Below, in pieces: positions 37,190 to 47,580 of a stretch of 64,000 nt of DNA (position 1 is its first letter; the number at the start of each line of letters is the position of its first letter). The translations under genes were made by a program, and so were the position numbers. The stretch comes from Candidatus Marinacidobacterales bacterium. Its GTDB lineage: Bacteria > Acidobacteriota > Vicinamibacteria > Marinacidobacterales > DATDRI01. The stretch is taken from NCBI GenBank assembly GCA_965226495.1, contig OZ245365.1:4896001-4960000 (forward strand), in the 5' to 3' direction. The notes below the pieces were generated by a model. It made no database searches, had not been told where the DNA came from, and saw only the letters and a list, made by a program, of their open reading frames with translations.

Positions 37190-37906
37190 CTAGAGATAGA
37201 AAAGGCTCAAGGGGGGCAGTTCAAAGATCGAACGAACGCGCTTCAAGTAAGCCGCTCTCGACGCGGATTCGAATACCTCGGACGGCATGCGGGCTCGGTA
37301 GTCTCGAAGTGATCGTTCCGCCTCATCCGAGCATCGACGCTGATCCTCGGGCCTCAGGACCGACTCCGCCGCTTCCAGGAGGCTTTTCTCTACCGCGTCC
37401 AGCTCTTGCTCGATCTCGTCGAGCCTCATGGCATCCGCCTGATGCGCCTGCCGCGAGGCGAGCGCGTCCAGACGGCGAACCGCGTCGTCGATAGCGTCGA
37501 CGAGTGGTTGACGCGCTGCACCAGCTTTCTCTGCCGCTCGGGCTAACTCTCCTTTTAGGCGAGCTAAGTAGGCCTGCACATCCGTGGGATCGGCGCCGTC
37601 CCGTTCTTCCACCGATGGTGAGCCGGCAACCGCTTCTCGGAATCGCCGATAGTTCGCTTCGACGGTCTGCCGACAGTAAGAAAGCCGTCGAATGGGACGG
37701 TTGGGTTTGCTTCTCTCGAAGGCTCGGTCGAGTCCCTGCTTCACGACCCTCAGAGGAATCTGTTGTTGGCGCCAACGATCGATGAGCTGCCACTCGCGGG
37801 GACTGATGAATAAAGGGCTGCCGCGAAGAGCAACGAAATGTTTCTCGACTGCCGCGTAGTAATCTCCGTCATCCTCCTGCGTGTCCAGGTGATGGGCGTT
37901 GCTCAT
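37190..37906 (-). CDS. Conserved hypothetical protein
   Basis: 238 aa, coupled to birA, ends LPPLSLFYL. Confidence 0.75.
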   Translation of the reverse strand: MSNAHHLDTQEDDGDYYAAVEKHFVALRGSPLFISPREWQLIDRWRQQQIPLRVVKQGLDRAFERSKPNRPIRRLSYCRQTVEANYRRFREAVAGSPSVEERDGADPTDVQAYLARLKGELARAAEKAGAARQPLVDAIDDAVRRLDALASRQAHQADAMRLDEIEQELDAVEKSLLEAAESVLRPEDQRRCSDEAERSLRDYRARMPSEVFESASRAAYLKRVRSIFELPPLSLFYL

Positions 37907-38709
37907 TCGTCAGTACCACGAAGGAAATGGACGTCTTCTGAATAAAGGGTTCGAACCTGACCGTCGGGAAGCTGGACTTTCAGGCCTCCGTCCTCCGCTA
38001 AGCCGGAAGTCGTGGCCTCGAACTCTTCGCCCTCCTTCTCCTGAACCTGCACTCGCATTCCTACTTTCCCCCACGCGCGCTCTTCCCACGCCCGAAGGAT
38101 GTCTGGAGATTTAGCGAGGCACCTGTCCCACCAAACCTCGAGTCGCTCGACAAGAACAGTTGCCACCAGCAGACGATCCTGAGGGCAACCGGTCTCGACC
38201 TTCAGAGAGGTCGCTACCGTCTGGAGCTCCTTGGGGAAATCCTCAAGCTCCTGGTTCACGTTGATGCCGAATCCCGTCACGACGTAGTCCGGGCGTTCGC
38301 CCGAAAAACTCGCCTCACACAAGATGCCCCCTACTTTGCGTCCCTCCAAGAGAAGATCGTTGGGCCATCGGATGAGGGGATTCAGAGCGCTGGCTTCAAC
38401 TATTGCTTCAGCGGCGGCGACCGAGGCAGCCGCGGGCAACAACGTCATGCTGAACCCTTTTCCCGGAGGCGGCCTGAGGAGAACACTGATGTAAAGCCCA
38501 CCCTCGAGCGAGCTCCACTCGCGTCTCCACCGCCCGCGACCCGCGGTTTGCCGATCTGCGAGAACCACAGCGCCGTGCGGTGCATCCCGCCGTGCCAACG
38601 TCGAAGCAAGACGGTTGGTCGAATCGGCTTCTTGATAGGAAAGGACACAACAGCCCAATTGTCTGGCCTTGCCACGTTCTCTGAGCAAACGACCGAACGA
38701 AGTCTCCAT
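37903..38709 (-). CDS. birA: Biotin--[acetyl-CoA carboxylase] ligase
   Basis: DSTN, QTAGRGR, WPND, KVGGIL. Confidence 0.95.
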   Translation of the reverse strand: METSFGRLLRERGKARQLGCCVLSYQEADSTNRLASTLARRDAPHGAVVLADRQTAGRGRWRREWSSLEGGLYISVLLRPPPGKGFSMTLLPAAASVAAAEAIVEASALNPLIRWPNDLLLEGRKVGGILCEASFSGERPDYVVTGFGINVNQELEDFPKELQTVATSLKVETGCPQDRLLVATVLVERLEVWWDRCLAKSPDILRAWEERAWGKVGMRVQVQEKEGEEFEATTSGLAEDGGLKVQLPDGQVRTLYSEDVHFLRGTDE

Positions 38710-38766
38710 CAGACTGCGGTGCTCCCTATGTCGGTCGTCGTCGGCCGATGCGCCTCCACCAACCCC

Positions 38767-41427
38767 TTAGGTCGATTGGCGAAGCGCTCGGAGGTTCTCG
38801 TCGATTCTCTTCTTCTTTTCCTGAAGGAGGTCGTATCTTTCCTGAGCTGTTTGAACAACATCTGGGGTGGCCTTGGAGGTGAAATCCGGATTCGAAAGCT
38901 TCTTTGCGAGCCCCTCTAGTTCCTTCTTGATCCGACCGACATCACGAGAAAGGCGGCTGATCTCCGCATCGCGATTGACGATATGCGCCAACGCTATTGT
39001 GATTTCCACCTCGTCGACAATTTCGGTCCGAGCGCCCGGCGGTACCGGACCGTCCCCCGAGAGCACGAGGTCTGAGACCCCGCCAAGAGACATCACCAGC
39101 TCCCGATGTGAGCCCAGGAGCCGCGCCTTGTCCGTGTTCTCGGTCTTGACCGCTACTTGGATCTTTCGCGTAGACTCGACATTGTATTCCGTTCGGAACC
39201 GTCGTACCACGTCGACAAGACTCTTCAAGGTGGTCATCTCCGCTTCCGCAACTGCATCTTCCCACTCAGGGACGGGTCTCGGAAACTCAGCAAGCGCGAT
39301 CGAATCCCCCTCGTGGGGCAACGACTGCCAGATCTCCTCCGTCAGAAAGGGCATGAAGGGGTGAAGCAACCGCAGACTTCGATCGAGAACGAGCTTTAGG
39401 ACGGGAAGAAAGGCTCGGTTATCGTCTCTTTCCGAGCGGAATTTCAAGGCGTCCAGATAGTCGCCGAGTAGATCTTCCTGGAGAAAGCGACCGATCTCCT
39501 CGGCGGCCTTGTCGATTCGGAAATCTCCAAGGGAGCTCACCAGAGTCCCGGTAACGCGAGAGCAGCGAGAAAGAATCCAGCGTTCGAGTAGTCCTTGCGA
39601 GTGCGGATCGCTGTCAAATGACTCTACGGGAGACTTCATCTGCGTCGACGCGAAACGAGCCGCGCTCCACAGCTTCGTCGTCAAGCCACGTGATTCGGCC
39701 AGGTCGGAATGGTTGACAAGAATGTCGGCCGACGGTAGAGCACATCGAGCGAGCGCGAAACGCACGGCGTCGGCGCCGTAGCGCTCCAAGACCTCGAGCG
39801 GGTTGACGACATTGCCTTTGGTCTTTGACATTTTCTGGCCGCGTTCGTCTCTCACGAGGGCGGTGATGTAAACCTCGCGGAACGGAACTTTCGATGTGAA
39901 CAGCAATCCCATCATGAGCATCCGCGAGACCCAAGGGAGGACTATGTCAGGGCCGGTAACCAGGAGATCGGTCGGGTAGTAACGCTGGTAGTCTGGGTTC
40001 TCGGTGGGCCAACCCAAGGCTGCGAACGGCCAGAGGCTCGCGCTAAACCAAGTGTCGAGCACATCGGCATCTTGGTGAAGCTCGGTACCGCCGCAGGTCT
40101 CGCACTTCGCGGGCTCCGTCTCCGACACTACAATGTGCTCTTCGCCGTCTTCACTTTCAGGGCGACAATACCAGGCAGGGATAGGATGCCCCCACCAAGA
40201 TTGACGGGAAATGCACCAGTCGTCTGCATGCCGTATAGACTCGATGCACGCTTCGGCCCAACCCTCGGGAACGAAACGCACCGTTTTCTGCTCCAAGGCT
40301 TCTATGGTTGGGCCGGCCAAAGGCTCGCTGCGTACGAACCACTGCGTGGAAAGCGTCGGCTCGACCAAGCTGTCACACCTTTCGCAATAACCAAGCTGGA
40401 GGCGCTCGGGCTTGGATCCCTCCAGAGCGTGCGACGAGCGGAGGTAGACGACGACCTCCTTACGAGCTTTGAAACGGTCTAATCCGGCGAGGCGACCGGC
40501 GTTCTCGGTCATGACCCCCGCTTGATCCAAAACGGCTAACGGAAGGAGCCCATGCCTGCCCCCGATCTGAAAATCTTTCATGTCATGGGCGGGGCACACC
40601 GCGATGACCCCGGTTCCCACATTCCGGTCCACCATCGGATCGGAAACGATGGGAATCACGCGCCCCACGAGTGGAAGAATCACCGCACTACCAATCAAGT
40701 GTCTATGACGCTCGTCGGCGGGATGAACCGCCAAGGCTTGAGCACCCAGAAGTGTCTCCGGCCTCCGCAGTGAGACCCTCACGTGCTCGTCAGATCCGGC
40801 TAGCGGGAAACGTACCGTGTATAGTTTTTCTTCGACGTCGCGATGGCGGATCTCCAATTCGGAGATGGCGGTCAGGCAGCGGGGACAAGAGTGAACGATA
40901 TGCTTGCCGCGGTAGATGAGATCACGACGATATAGACCAACGAAGGCTGACAAAACGGCGCTGGTCACCTGAGGCTCGAGGGTGAAACGCATTCTCGGCC
41001 AGTCGAAGGACCCGCCCAGCCTCTTGAGCTGGCTCACAATGGTGGCGCCGCTCTCCTCCTTGAGCCTCCGAACTCGGTCCAAGAATGCTTCGCGCCCGAG
41101 CGTCCAGCGATCCTGTCCCTCCTTGACGAGCTGACGTTCCACCACGTGCTGGGTGGCGATCCCGGCATGGTCGATTCCTGGCAGCCACAAGGTGTCGAAC
41201 CCTTGCATGCGTTTCCAACGAACGATGATGTCTTGAAGCGTGGTACCGAAGGCGTGCCCCATATGAAGTGACCCAGTGACGTTGGGAGGGGGCAAAACCA
41301 TCGAGAAAGGAATTGCGGAGGAGTCGGGGCGAGCTTCGAAATAGTGTTGTTCCACCCAATAGGTGTACCAGCGGCGCTCGAACTCCGCGGCCTCGAATGT
41401 TTTGGGAAGGGGCGACCCCGTATACAT
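38767..41427 (-). CDS. valS: Valine--tRNA ligase (divergent)
   Basis: PPNVTGSLHMGH, DHAGIATQ, WCISRQ, DVLDTWFS, KMSKT, C-terminal coiled coil. Confidence 0.9.
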   Translation of the reverse strand: MYTGSPLPKTFEAAEFERRWYTYWVEQHYFEARPDSSAIPFSMVLPPPNVTGSLHMGHAFGTTLQDIIVRWKRMQGFDTLWLPGIDHAGIATQHVVERQLVKEGQDRWTLGREAFLDRVRRLKEESGATIVSQLKRLGGSFDWPRMRFTLEPQVTSAVLSAFVGLYRRDLIYRGKHIVHSCPRCLTAISELEIRHRDVEEKLYTVRFPLAGSDEHVRVSLRRPETLLGAQALAVHPADERHRHLIGSAVILPLVGRVIPIVSDPMVDRNVGTGVIAVCPAHDMKDFQIGGRHGLLPLAVLDQAGVMTENAGRLAGLDRFKARKEVVVYLRSSHALEGSKPERLQLGYCERCDSLVEPTLSTQWFVRSEPLAGPTIEALEQKTVRFVPEGWAEACIESIRHADDWCISRQSWWGHPIPAWYCRPESEDGEEHIVVSETEPAKCETCGGTELHQDADVLDTWFSASLWPFAALGWPTENPDYQRYYPTDLLVTGPDIVLPWVSRMLMMGLLFTSKVPFREVYITALVRDERGQKMSKTKGNVVNPLEVLERYGADAVRFALARCALPSADILVNHSDLAESRGLTTKLWSAARFASTQMKSPVESFDSDPHSQGLLERWILSRCSRVTGTLVSSLGDFRIDKAAEEIGRFLQEDLLGDYLDALKFRSERDDNRAFLPVLKLVLDRSLRLLHPFMPFLTEEIWQSLPHEGDSIALAEFPRPVPEWEDAVAEAEMTTLKSLVDVVRRFRTEYNVESTRKIQVAVKTENTDKARLLGSHRELVMSLGGVSDLVLSGDGPVPPGARTEIVDEVEITIALAHIVNRDAEISRLSRDVGRIKKELEGLAKKLSNPDFTSKATPDVVQTAQERYDLLQEKKKRIDENLRALRQST

Positions 41428-41516
41428 GGGGGTGGTGGGTCAGGAAAAGCGACTTCCTCGCCGAGTCTTCTTCGTTTTTTGGGCTAATAACTAGGGGCGG
41501 CGAGAGGAAAGCCGAT

Positions 41517-43346
41517 CTATTTCGGAATCTTTGCCTTGATCTCTGCGATCTCTTTTTGGATGAGAGCCTCAGCCAAGTCGGGAACGACCTCCCACGCGAT
41601 TTCCTGAATCACTTTCTCCGAAAGTTGGGATAGGACCTTCTTCGCTATCTTGTCGGCTAGCTCGTCCATATCCTTATCCCCAATCGCCGCCGCAGAAAGT
41701 TCATCGCCAACAGATACCGATGGAGGCGAAACCCCTTGCGTCGAGCCTTCATCCACTCCCGCAGGTGTCTCGGGCAGACCGCCCGACGGGGGAACCGTCG
41801 GTGCGAGCTCAGCGAAAGGCTCGTCTTCAACGACAGGTTCAGCCGGTGCAAACTGTGCTGGCGGGGAAGCCTCGACCGGTGGAGCCGGAGGAATCGGGTC
41901 CGGAGTAAAAGTTGGCGTCGGCGAAGGGGGTGTCGGCGCAACTGGAACGGGCGGGGCAGACGGTACGGGCTCGTCCATCATGCCACTTCCGGCTTGGTCG
42001 GTAACTCCCGGAGGCGCTTGCTGGGCGGCGGTAAAGTCATCGAAGCCACCAAAGTCTCCAAGTGGAGTAAGCTCTGGCTCCGCCGATTCGGATCCTCCTC
42101 CAATACCTGGTTCATCACTGGCTCCGGCCGCCTGTTCAGATTGTCCAGCCTGTCCAGATTGTCCAAATGAACCCGGCGGTTCGGGCTGTACCGGTGGCGC
42201 GGGTTCGTCCGGCCCGGGGATCACCCAAGGGTTTTCCCCACTCGGAGCGTCGCTTCCCGATGAAGGAAGCTCGGTGACGCCCGCGTTCATAAGAACACCC
42301 GGAACATCCTCCGGCCCCTGGACGTCCTTGCTCTCAACCGGATCGATGGTGTCGGGCGTCACAAATCCTGGAGGTTCTTCCATTACAGGCATTGCAGGCG
42401 GCGCTTCGGGCGCCGGAGGAGCCTGTAGAGGCTCGGGAACTATCGGAGCCGACATCATGACAGTCTGGCTTTCCTCGTCGACAACGGGAGGAGCCGAAGG
42501 TGTCGGTTCGCTCGGTTCGCTCGGTGCGCTCTGAACTTCGTCCCAGATATCGTCCGTGGAACCGCCGGCCGGTTCCTGGCCCAGAAACATCGTGCGATCA
42601 TCGGAATCGACGGAAAGCTCACGTTCTCCCGCTTCCACCGCAAAATTCTCTTGGAAACCCGCACCTTCCGGCGGAGCAGAAGGGACAACTGGTTCAGGGG
42701 TTGCGGGCGGTATGTCAGAAACAGGAGACACCGGGGCCTCTGTCACTTGGGGCGGCGGAGTGGCCGCGGGAGGGAATACTCCTGCTCCCATGTCGGGTGA
42801 CATCATGACGGTCGCGTCGATTGGGTCGTCAATCGGTGCAGGGGGTGCAGAGGCTGCAGGCGGTCCAGGAGGTGCCGCGAATGGTGCGGGGGTTCCCGGA
42901 GTCACCGTTGGCGGATCCTGGGAAAGCGGAGCCGGTGCCGGCTCGCTGGCCGGAATTCCATCGCTCGCTGCCAGGGTGGGCGTGCTCAGAAGCTCTTTCA
43001 CTTTAGAAATCAGTGTCTGTGGCTCGAACGGCTTAGCCAAGAAGCCGTCACAGCCGGCCTTTTTCGCCCGGTCCTGGTCAAAGGGCTCGAAGGCTCCGGT
43101 GAGAAGTAGCACCGGGATGTGTTTCAGGTCGTCGCTGGTCTTAATGTGCTCGCAAACTTCGTAGCCGCTCTTTTCCGGCATGATGATGTCGCAGAGGACG
43201 ATGTCCGGCTTGACCGTCCGGATCTCCTCGATAGCCTTCTGCCCATTACCGACGGTATGGAGCTCGAAATCTTCATCCGTGAAGGTCAGCTCAATGACCT
43301 TCTGTATAGTGATGCTATCGTCGGCGAGCAGGATCTTGTGTCCCAT
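41517..43346 (-). CDS. RomR-like response regulator (REC, Pro-rich linker, conserved C-terminal helix)
   Basis: LLADDSITIQKV, LLTGAFEPFD, EIAWEVVPDLAE. Confidence 0.85.
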   Translation of the reverse strand: MGHKILLADDSITIQKVIELTFTDEDFELHTVGNGQKAIEEIRTVKPDIVLCDIIMPEKSGYEVCEHIKTSDDLKHIPVLLLTGAFEPFDQDRAKKAGCDGFLAKPFEPQTLISKVKELLSTPTLAASDGIPASEPAPAPLSQDPPTVTPGTPAPFAAPPGPPAASAPPAPIDDPIDATVMMSPDMGAGVFPPAATPPPQVTEAPVSPVSDIPPATPEPVVPSAPPEGAGFQENFAVEAGERELSVDSDDRTMFLGQEPAGGSTDDIWDEVQSAPSEPSEPTPSAPPVVDEESQTVMMSAPIVPEPLQAPPAPEAPPAMPVMEEPPGFVTPDTIDPVESKDVQGPEDVPGVLMNAGVTELPSSGSDAPSGENPWVIPGPDEPAPPVQPEPPGSFGQSGQAGQSEQAAGASDEPGIGGGSESAEPELTPLGDFGGFDDFTAAQQAPPGVTDQAGSGMMDEPVPSAPPVPVAPTPPSPTPTFTPDPIPPAPPVEASPPAQFAPAEPVVEDEPFAELAPTVPPSGGLPETPAGVDEGSTQGVSPPSVSVGDELSAAAIGDKDMDELADKIAKKVLSQLSEKVIQEIAWEVVPDLAEALIQKEIAEIKAKIPK

Positions 43347-43423
43347 CGCCCCTCCTAGCGGCTCCTAGATGCCTTAAGCCGGAATGGTTAGTTTTTGGCA
43401 AACGCCTCGTCGAAATTCTAGAA

Positions 43424-43452
43424 AGACTATCATGCCGGGCCCTAACTGTCAA
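43424..43452 (-). promoter_or_regulatory. Putative sigma70 promoter
   Basis: TTGACA-17 bp-TAGTCT with extended -10 TGn. Confidence 0.55.
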
Positions 43453-43545
43453 GTGGACGTGGGTCGTAATCCCTTTCGTACCCGTGGGATAGGCTCGCAG
43501 GCCGGATTTGGCGTGCTCGCGTAGGATTTCCCCCTCAGTCGCCCC

Positions 43546-43959
43546 TCAGTCCGATGTCAGCTTCTGACGCAGAAAGTCGACGACGGCATCCAATTGGCTT
43601 CCAGGCTGGAACACCTGGGAAACACCCAGCTTGCGAAGGTGCGGTATGTCCTGATCCGGCACGATGCCTCCCACGAACACTAGGACGTCCTCCATTCCCT
43701 TTTCTTTCAGTAGTTCCATGACCCTGCTGAGCAGATAGTTATGGGCTCCGGAGAGAATCGATATTCCAATCGCTTGGACGTCCTCCTGCAGCGCTGCCTC
43801 CACGATTTGCTCCGGAGTCTGGCGGAGTCCGGTGTACACGACTTCCATCCCTGCATCGCGGAGCGCCCGTGCAACGACCAGTGCCCCGCGGTCGTGTCCG
43901 TCCAAGCCGGGCTTGGCGATGAGAACTTTTGCCGGAGTGGATTGGGTTTTGGCAGGCAT
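43546..43959 (-). CDS. Stand-alone cobalamin-binding subunit of acyl-CoA mutase
   Basis: [22 protein letters not shown]. Confidence 0.93.
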   Translation of the reverse strand: MPAKTQSTPAKVLIAKPGLDGHDRGALVVARALRDAGMEVVYTGLRQTPEQIVEAALQEDVQAIGISILSGAHNYLLSRVMELLKEKGMEDVLVFVGGIVPDQDIPHLRKLGVSQVFQPGSQLDAVVDFLRQKLTSD

Positions 43960-43973
43960 GATGACACGGCTTC

Positions 43974-46900
43974 TTACATGGCGCGGCGGTACTGGCCCCC
44001 CACCTCATAGAGAGCGTGAGTAATCTGGCCGAGGCTTGCAACTCGAACCGCCTCCATCAACTCTGCAAACACGTTGCCTCCGCAAAGGGCTTGCTTTTTC
44101 AATCGGTCCAATACTTCCGGGACCTCAGAGCGATTCCGATCGTGGAAAGTGCGAAGATTGTCGATCTGCCGACGTTTCTCCTCCGTGGTGGCTCGGGCCA
44201 ATTCGACATCCCTCGGTGCCAAACCTTCATCAGATTCGGGATCGATGAACGTGTTCACTCCGACGATAGGGATCTCTCCGCTATCCTTCTTCAGTTCATA
44301 CAGTAGCGATTCTTCCTGAATGCGACCCCGCTGATACTGCGATTCCATCGCCCCCAGCACCCCTCCTCGCTCGTTCAGCCGATCGAACTCGGCGAGCACT
44401 GCTTCCTCCACCAGGTCGGTCAACTCCTCCATGAAGTACGAGCCCTGCAAAGGATTCTCGTTCAAGCTGACGCCGAACTCACGGTTGATGATCTGCTGGA
44501 TGGCCATCGCGCGACGTACCGATTCGGCAGTGGGGGTAGTGATGGCCTCGTCGTAGGCATTCGTATGTAGAGAATTGCAGTTGTCGTAGACCGCGGCTAG
44601 CGCCTGCAATGTCGTGCGGATATCGTTGAACTGAATTTCTTGAGAATGCAGGGAGCGGCCGGAGGTTTGTATGTGGTACTTGAACATCTGGCTGCGCTCG
44701 TTGGCGCCGTATCGCGCTTTCAGCACGCGCGACCAAATGCGTCGCGCCACCCGCCCCATCACTGAGTACTCGGGATCCAGCCCGTTGCTAAAGAAGAAGG
44801 AGAGGTTGAGGGCGAGCTCATCGATCTTCATCCCCCGAGCCAAATAGTACTCGACGTAGGTGAATCCATTTGCCAGCGTGAAGGCGAGCTGCGTTATCGG
44901 ATTCGCGCCGGCTTCGGCAATGTGGTAACCAGATATCGAGACCGAATAGAAGTTGCGCACGTTTTGGTCGATGAAGTACTGCTGGACATCACCCATCAGT
45001 TTCAGCGAGAACTCGGTCGAGAGGATGCAGGTGTTTTGAGCCTGGTCTTCCTTGAGAATGTCCGCCTGCACGGTTCCCCGCACCACGTTCAAAGTGTCTT
45101 GTCGTATGCGCTCGAGCTCCTTCGACTTAGGCTCCCGACCTTCCTTCTCAAGAAACTTCTCCACCTCTTGGTCGATCGCGGTGTTGAAGAACATCGCGAG
45201 AATCGTCGGTGCGGGTCCGTTGATCGTCATCGAGACGCTGGTTAATGGATTTGTCAGCTCGAACCGCGCATAGAGTTTTTTCATGTCGTCGAGCGTGGCA
45301 ATGGAAACACCGCCCTCGCCGATCTTCCCGTAGATGTCCGGTCGTTCGTCCGGATCCTCGCCGTACAGTGTGACGCTATCGAATGCGGTGGACAGGCGTT
45401 TCGCTTCGTCGTTGCGACTCAAAAAATGAAAGCGCCGGTTCGTCCGCTCCGGCCCGCCTTCCCCGGCAAACTGCCGACGCGGCGACTCTTCTTTTCGCTT
45501 GAAAGGATAGACCCCGGAAGTGTAGGGAAATGTCCCGGGCACGTTTTCCTTGAGCTGAAACTTGAGAATCTCACCCCAGTCTTCGAAGCGTGGAAGGGCT
45601 ACTCGGGGGATACGAGTATTGGAGAAGGTCTGGGTGCTCGTCGGAACTTCAACTTTCCGATCTCGAACACCGAAGGAAAAGGTCTCTTCCTCATAGGCTC
45701 GACGAAGCTCCGCCCAGCCCTGAATAAGCTCCCAACACTCGGGCTCCAATTCCTTCCGTAACACTTCGAATCGGTTGTCGATCCCTTGCCGCACTCGCTC
45801 GTCCTCGCACTCCCGGCTCGCCCCATCGAGTTGGTAGAGGCGTCGCGCTATCGCTACTTGCTTCTCTACCCAATCTCGCTTCGTGCGAAGCGCTTCGGCG
45901 ATCTCGCCCAGGTATCGCACTCGGGATTCCGGGATGATCGGGTGTCGTTCTCCGGTGACAACACCATCCGGAACCGTCAGCGAAGATTTCAATGGACGGT
46001 TTAGTTGTTCACCCAGGCGGTTCAACAACGCCAAGTAGAGCGCGGTCACCCCGCGGTCTCCGAATTGGCTGGCGATGGTGCCGAAGACGGGCAGTTGCGA
46101 ACCCTCCACTTCGCGTGGAAAGTCCCTGGTACGGCGAATCTGTCGACGCACGTCGCGCAGTGCGTCCTCGCTGCCCCGTCGATCGAATTTATTGATGGCG
46201 ATCAGATCGGCATGATCGAGCATCTCGATCTTCTCGAGCTGTGACGGGGCCCCGTACTCCGACGTCATCACGTAGAGACTCACGTCAGATATATCGACTA
46301 CCGCAGATGCCCCCTGTCCGATTCCGCTCGTCTCCACGAGAATCAGCTCAAAGCCGGAGGCCTTGAGAATTTGGATCGCCTGCCGCGTGGCCTCGGAAAG
46401 CTCGAAGCCCGATCCACGGGTGGCCAGACTTCGCATGTAGATGCTGGGATGATTGATGGCGTTCATGCGGATGCGATCTCCCAAGAGCGCTCCCCCAGAC
46501 TTTCGCTTCGAGGGATCGACCGACAGGATCCCGACCCGCAGCGCGGGGAAATCCATCTCCAGTCGACGAATGAGCTCGTCGGTAAGGGAGCTCTTGCCCG
46601 CTCCGCCGGTCCCGGTGATCCCTACGACGGGAACGCAGCGCTCGGCGGCTTTCTCTTGCAGCACTTTGGCCCATGCGGCCGAGATGCCCGGCCCTCCCCC
46701 ATTGAGCTCCGCCAGCGTGATGAGGCGAGCCAGAACGCCATGGCTCCCTAACGTTGCCATGTCCCCGTCCAGAGAAGGTGGTTTAAGAGGAAAGTCCGCC
46801 GCCTCCAACATGTCGTTGATGATGCCCTTGAGTCCAAAACGTCGGCCGTCCTCGGGCGAGTAGATCTTAGTGACGCCGTACTCTTCGAGGGCGCGAATCT

Positions 46901-47225
46901 CGCTGGGCACAATGACGCCACCACCGCCGCCGAAGACCTTGACGTAAGGCGCGCCTCGCTCTCGCAACAGATCGACGAGGTAGCGGAAGAACTCGTTGTG
47001 CCCTCCCTGATAGGAGCTGATCGCCACCGCCTGAACATCTTCTTCGATGACGGACTCCACGATCTCGGCCACCGATCGATTGTGGCCCAAGTGAATAACT
47101 TCCGCGCCGCCGCGCTGCAAGAGGCGACGGATGATGCTGATCGATGCGTCGTGACCATCGAAGAGCGAGGCAGCGGTGACAAACCGGACCTTGTTTTGTG
47201 GAACGTACGTGGAAGTTGCGGGCAT
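43974..47225 (-). CDS. icmF: Fused isobutyryl-CoA mutase/MeaB GTPase
   Basis: FDGHDAS B12 domain, GTGGAGKS P-loop, mutase barrel [11 protein letters not shown]. Confidence 0.92.
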   Translation of the reverse strand: MPATSTYVPQNKVRFVTAASLFDGHDASISIIRRLLQRGGAEVIHLGHNRSVAEIVESVIEEDVQAVAISSYQGGHNEFFRYLVDLLRERGAPYVKVFGGGGGVIVPSEIRALEEYGVTKIYSPEDGRRFGLKGIINDMLEAADFPLKPPSLDGDMATLGSHGVLARLITLAELNGGGPGISAAWAKVLQEKAAERCVPVVGITGTGGAGKSSLTDELIRRLEMDFPALRVGILSVDPSKRKSGGALLGDRIRMNAINHPSIYMRSLATRGSGFELSEATRQAIQILKASGFELILVETSGIGQGASAVVDISDVSLYVMTSEYGAPSQLEKIEMLDHADLIAINKFDRRGSEDALRDVRRQIRRTRDFPREVEGSQLPVFGTIASQFGDRGVTALYLALLNRLGEQLNRPLKSSLTVPDGVVTGERHPIIPESRVRYLGEIAEALRTKRDWVEKQVAIARRLYQLDGASRECEDERVRQGIDNRFEVLRKELEPECWELIQGWAELRRAYEEETFSFGVRDRKVEVPTSTQTFSNTRIPRVALPRFEDWGEILKFQLKENVPGTFPYTSGVYPFKRKEESPRRQFAGEGGPERTNRRFHFLSRNDEAKRLSTAFDSVTLYGEDPDERPDIYGKIGEGGVSIATLDDMKKLYARFELTNPLTSVSMTINGPAPTILAMFFNTAIDQEVEKFLEKEGREPKSKELERIRQDTLNVVRGTVQADILKEDQAQNTCILSTEFSLKLMGDVQQYFIDQNVRNFYSVSISGYHIAEAGANPITQLAFTLANGFTYVEYYLARGMKIDELALNLSFFFSNGLDPEYSVMGRVARRIWSRVLKARYGANERSQMFKYHIQTSGRSLHSQEIQFNDIRTTLQALAAVYDNCNSLHTNAYDEAITTPTAESVRRAMAIQQIINREFGVSLNENPLQGSYFMEELTDLVEEAVLAEFDRLNERGGVLGAMESQYQRGRIQEESLLYELKKDSGEIPIVGVNTFIDPESDEGLAPRDVELARATTEEKRRQIDNLRTFHDRNRSEVPEVLDRLKKQALCGGNVFAELMEAVRVASLGQITHALYEVGGQYRRAM

Positions 47226-47284
47226 CTTTTTGTACTAGTCTCGCTCGCCCCTTGCTTGTGCTAGGCGCTCGTCTTCACTTAATG

Positions 47285-47465
47285 GCGCGGGGCCCCACCC
47301 CCACGCCTCATCCTCCGTCGCCCTCGATCAATCGGGGCCTCACTCTTCGTTCGGCCCCTGGCCTCCGCTCGACAGGCATCGCTGCGGCCGGCGGGCGACT
47401 GCGCATGGGCTCATGGCTGCGCTCGGCCCCTTTCGTCGGCCGGGTTCCCTCGCGCCTTCGGCACG
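47285..47465. repeat. Intergenic GC-rich repeat element
   Basis: Shares 15-bp and 34-bp blocks with the rluB 3' end. Confidence 0.6.
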
Positions 47466-47580
47466 ATTCCTCCCGGCCGGGGAAACCGTCAAATCATTGA
47501 AACCAAACGCCTTCTCTAGCAATCATAGTCAGCGGGCACTCGCGGTGTCAACCTCACGTGGCTCACGTGACTCACGTGGC

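Noticed and set aside
47230-47530. Cobalamin riboswitch upstream of icmF
   Set aside because: I could not find the B12-box consensus; the region is better explained as a dispersed repeat.
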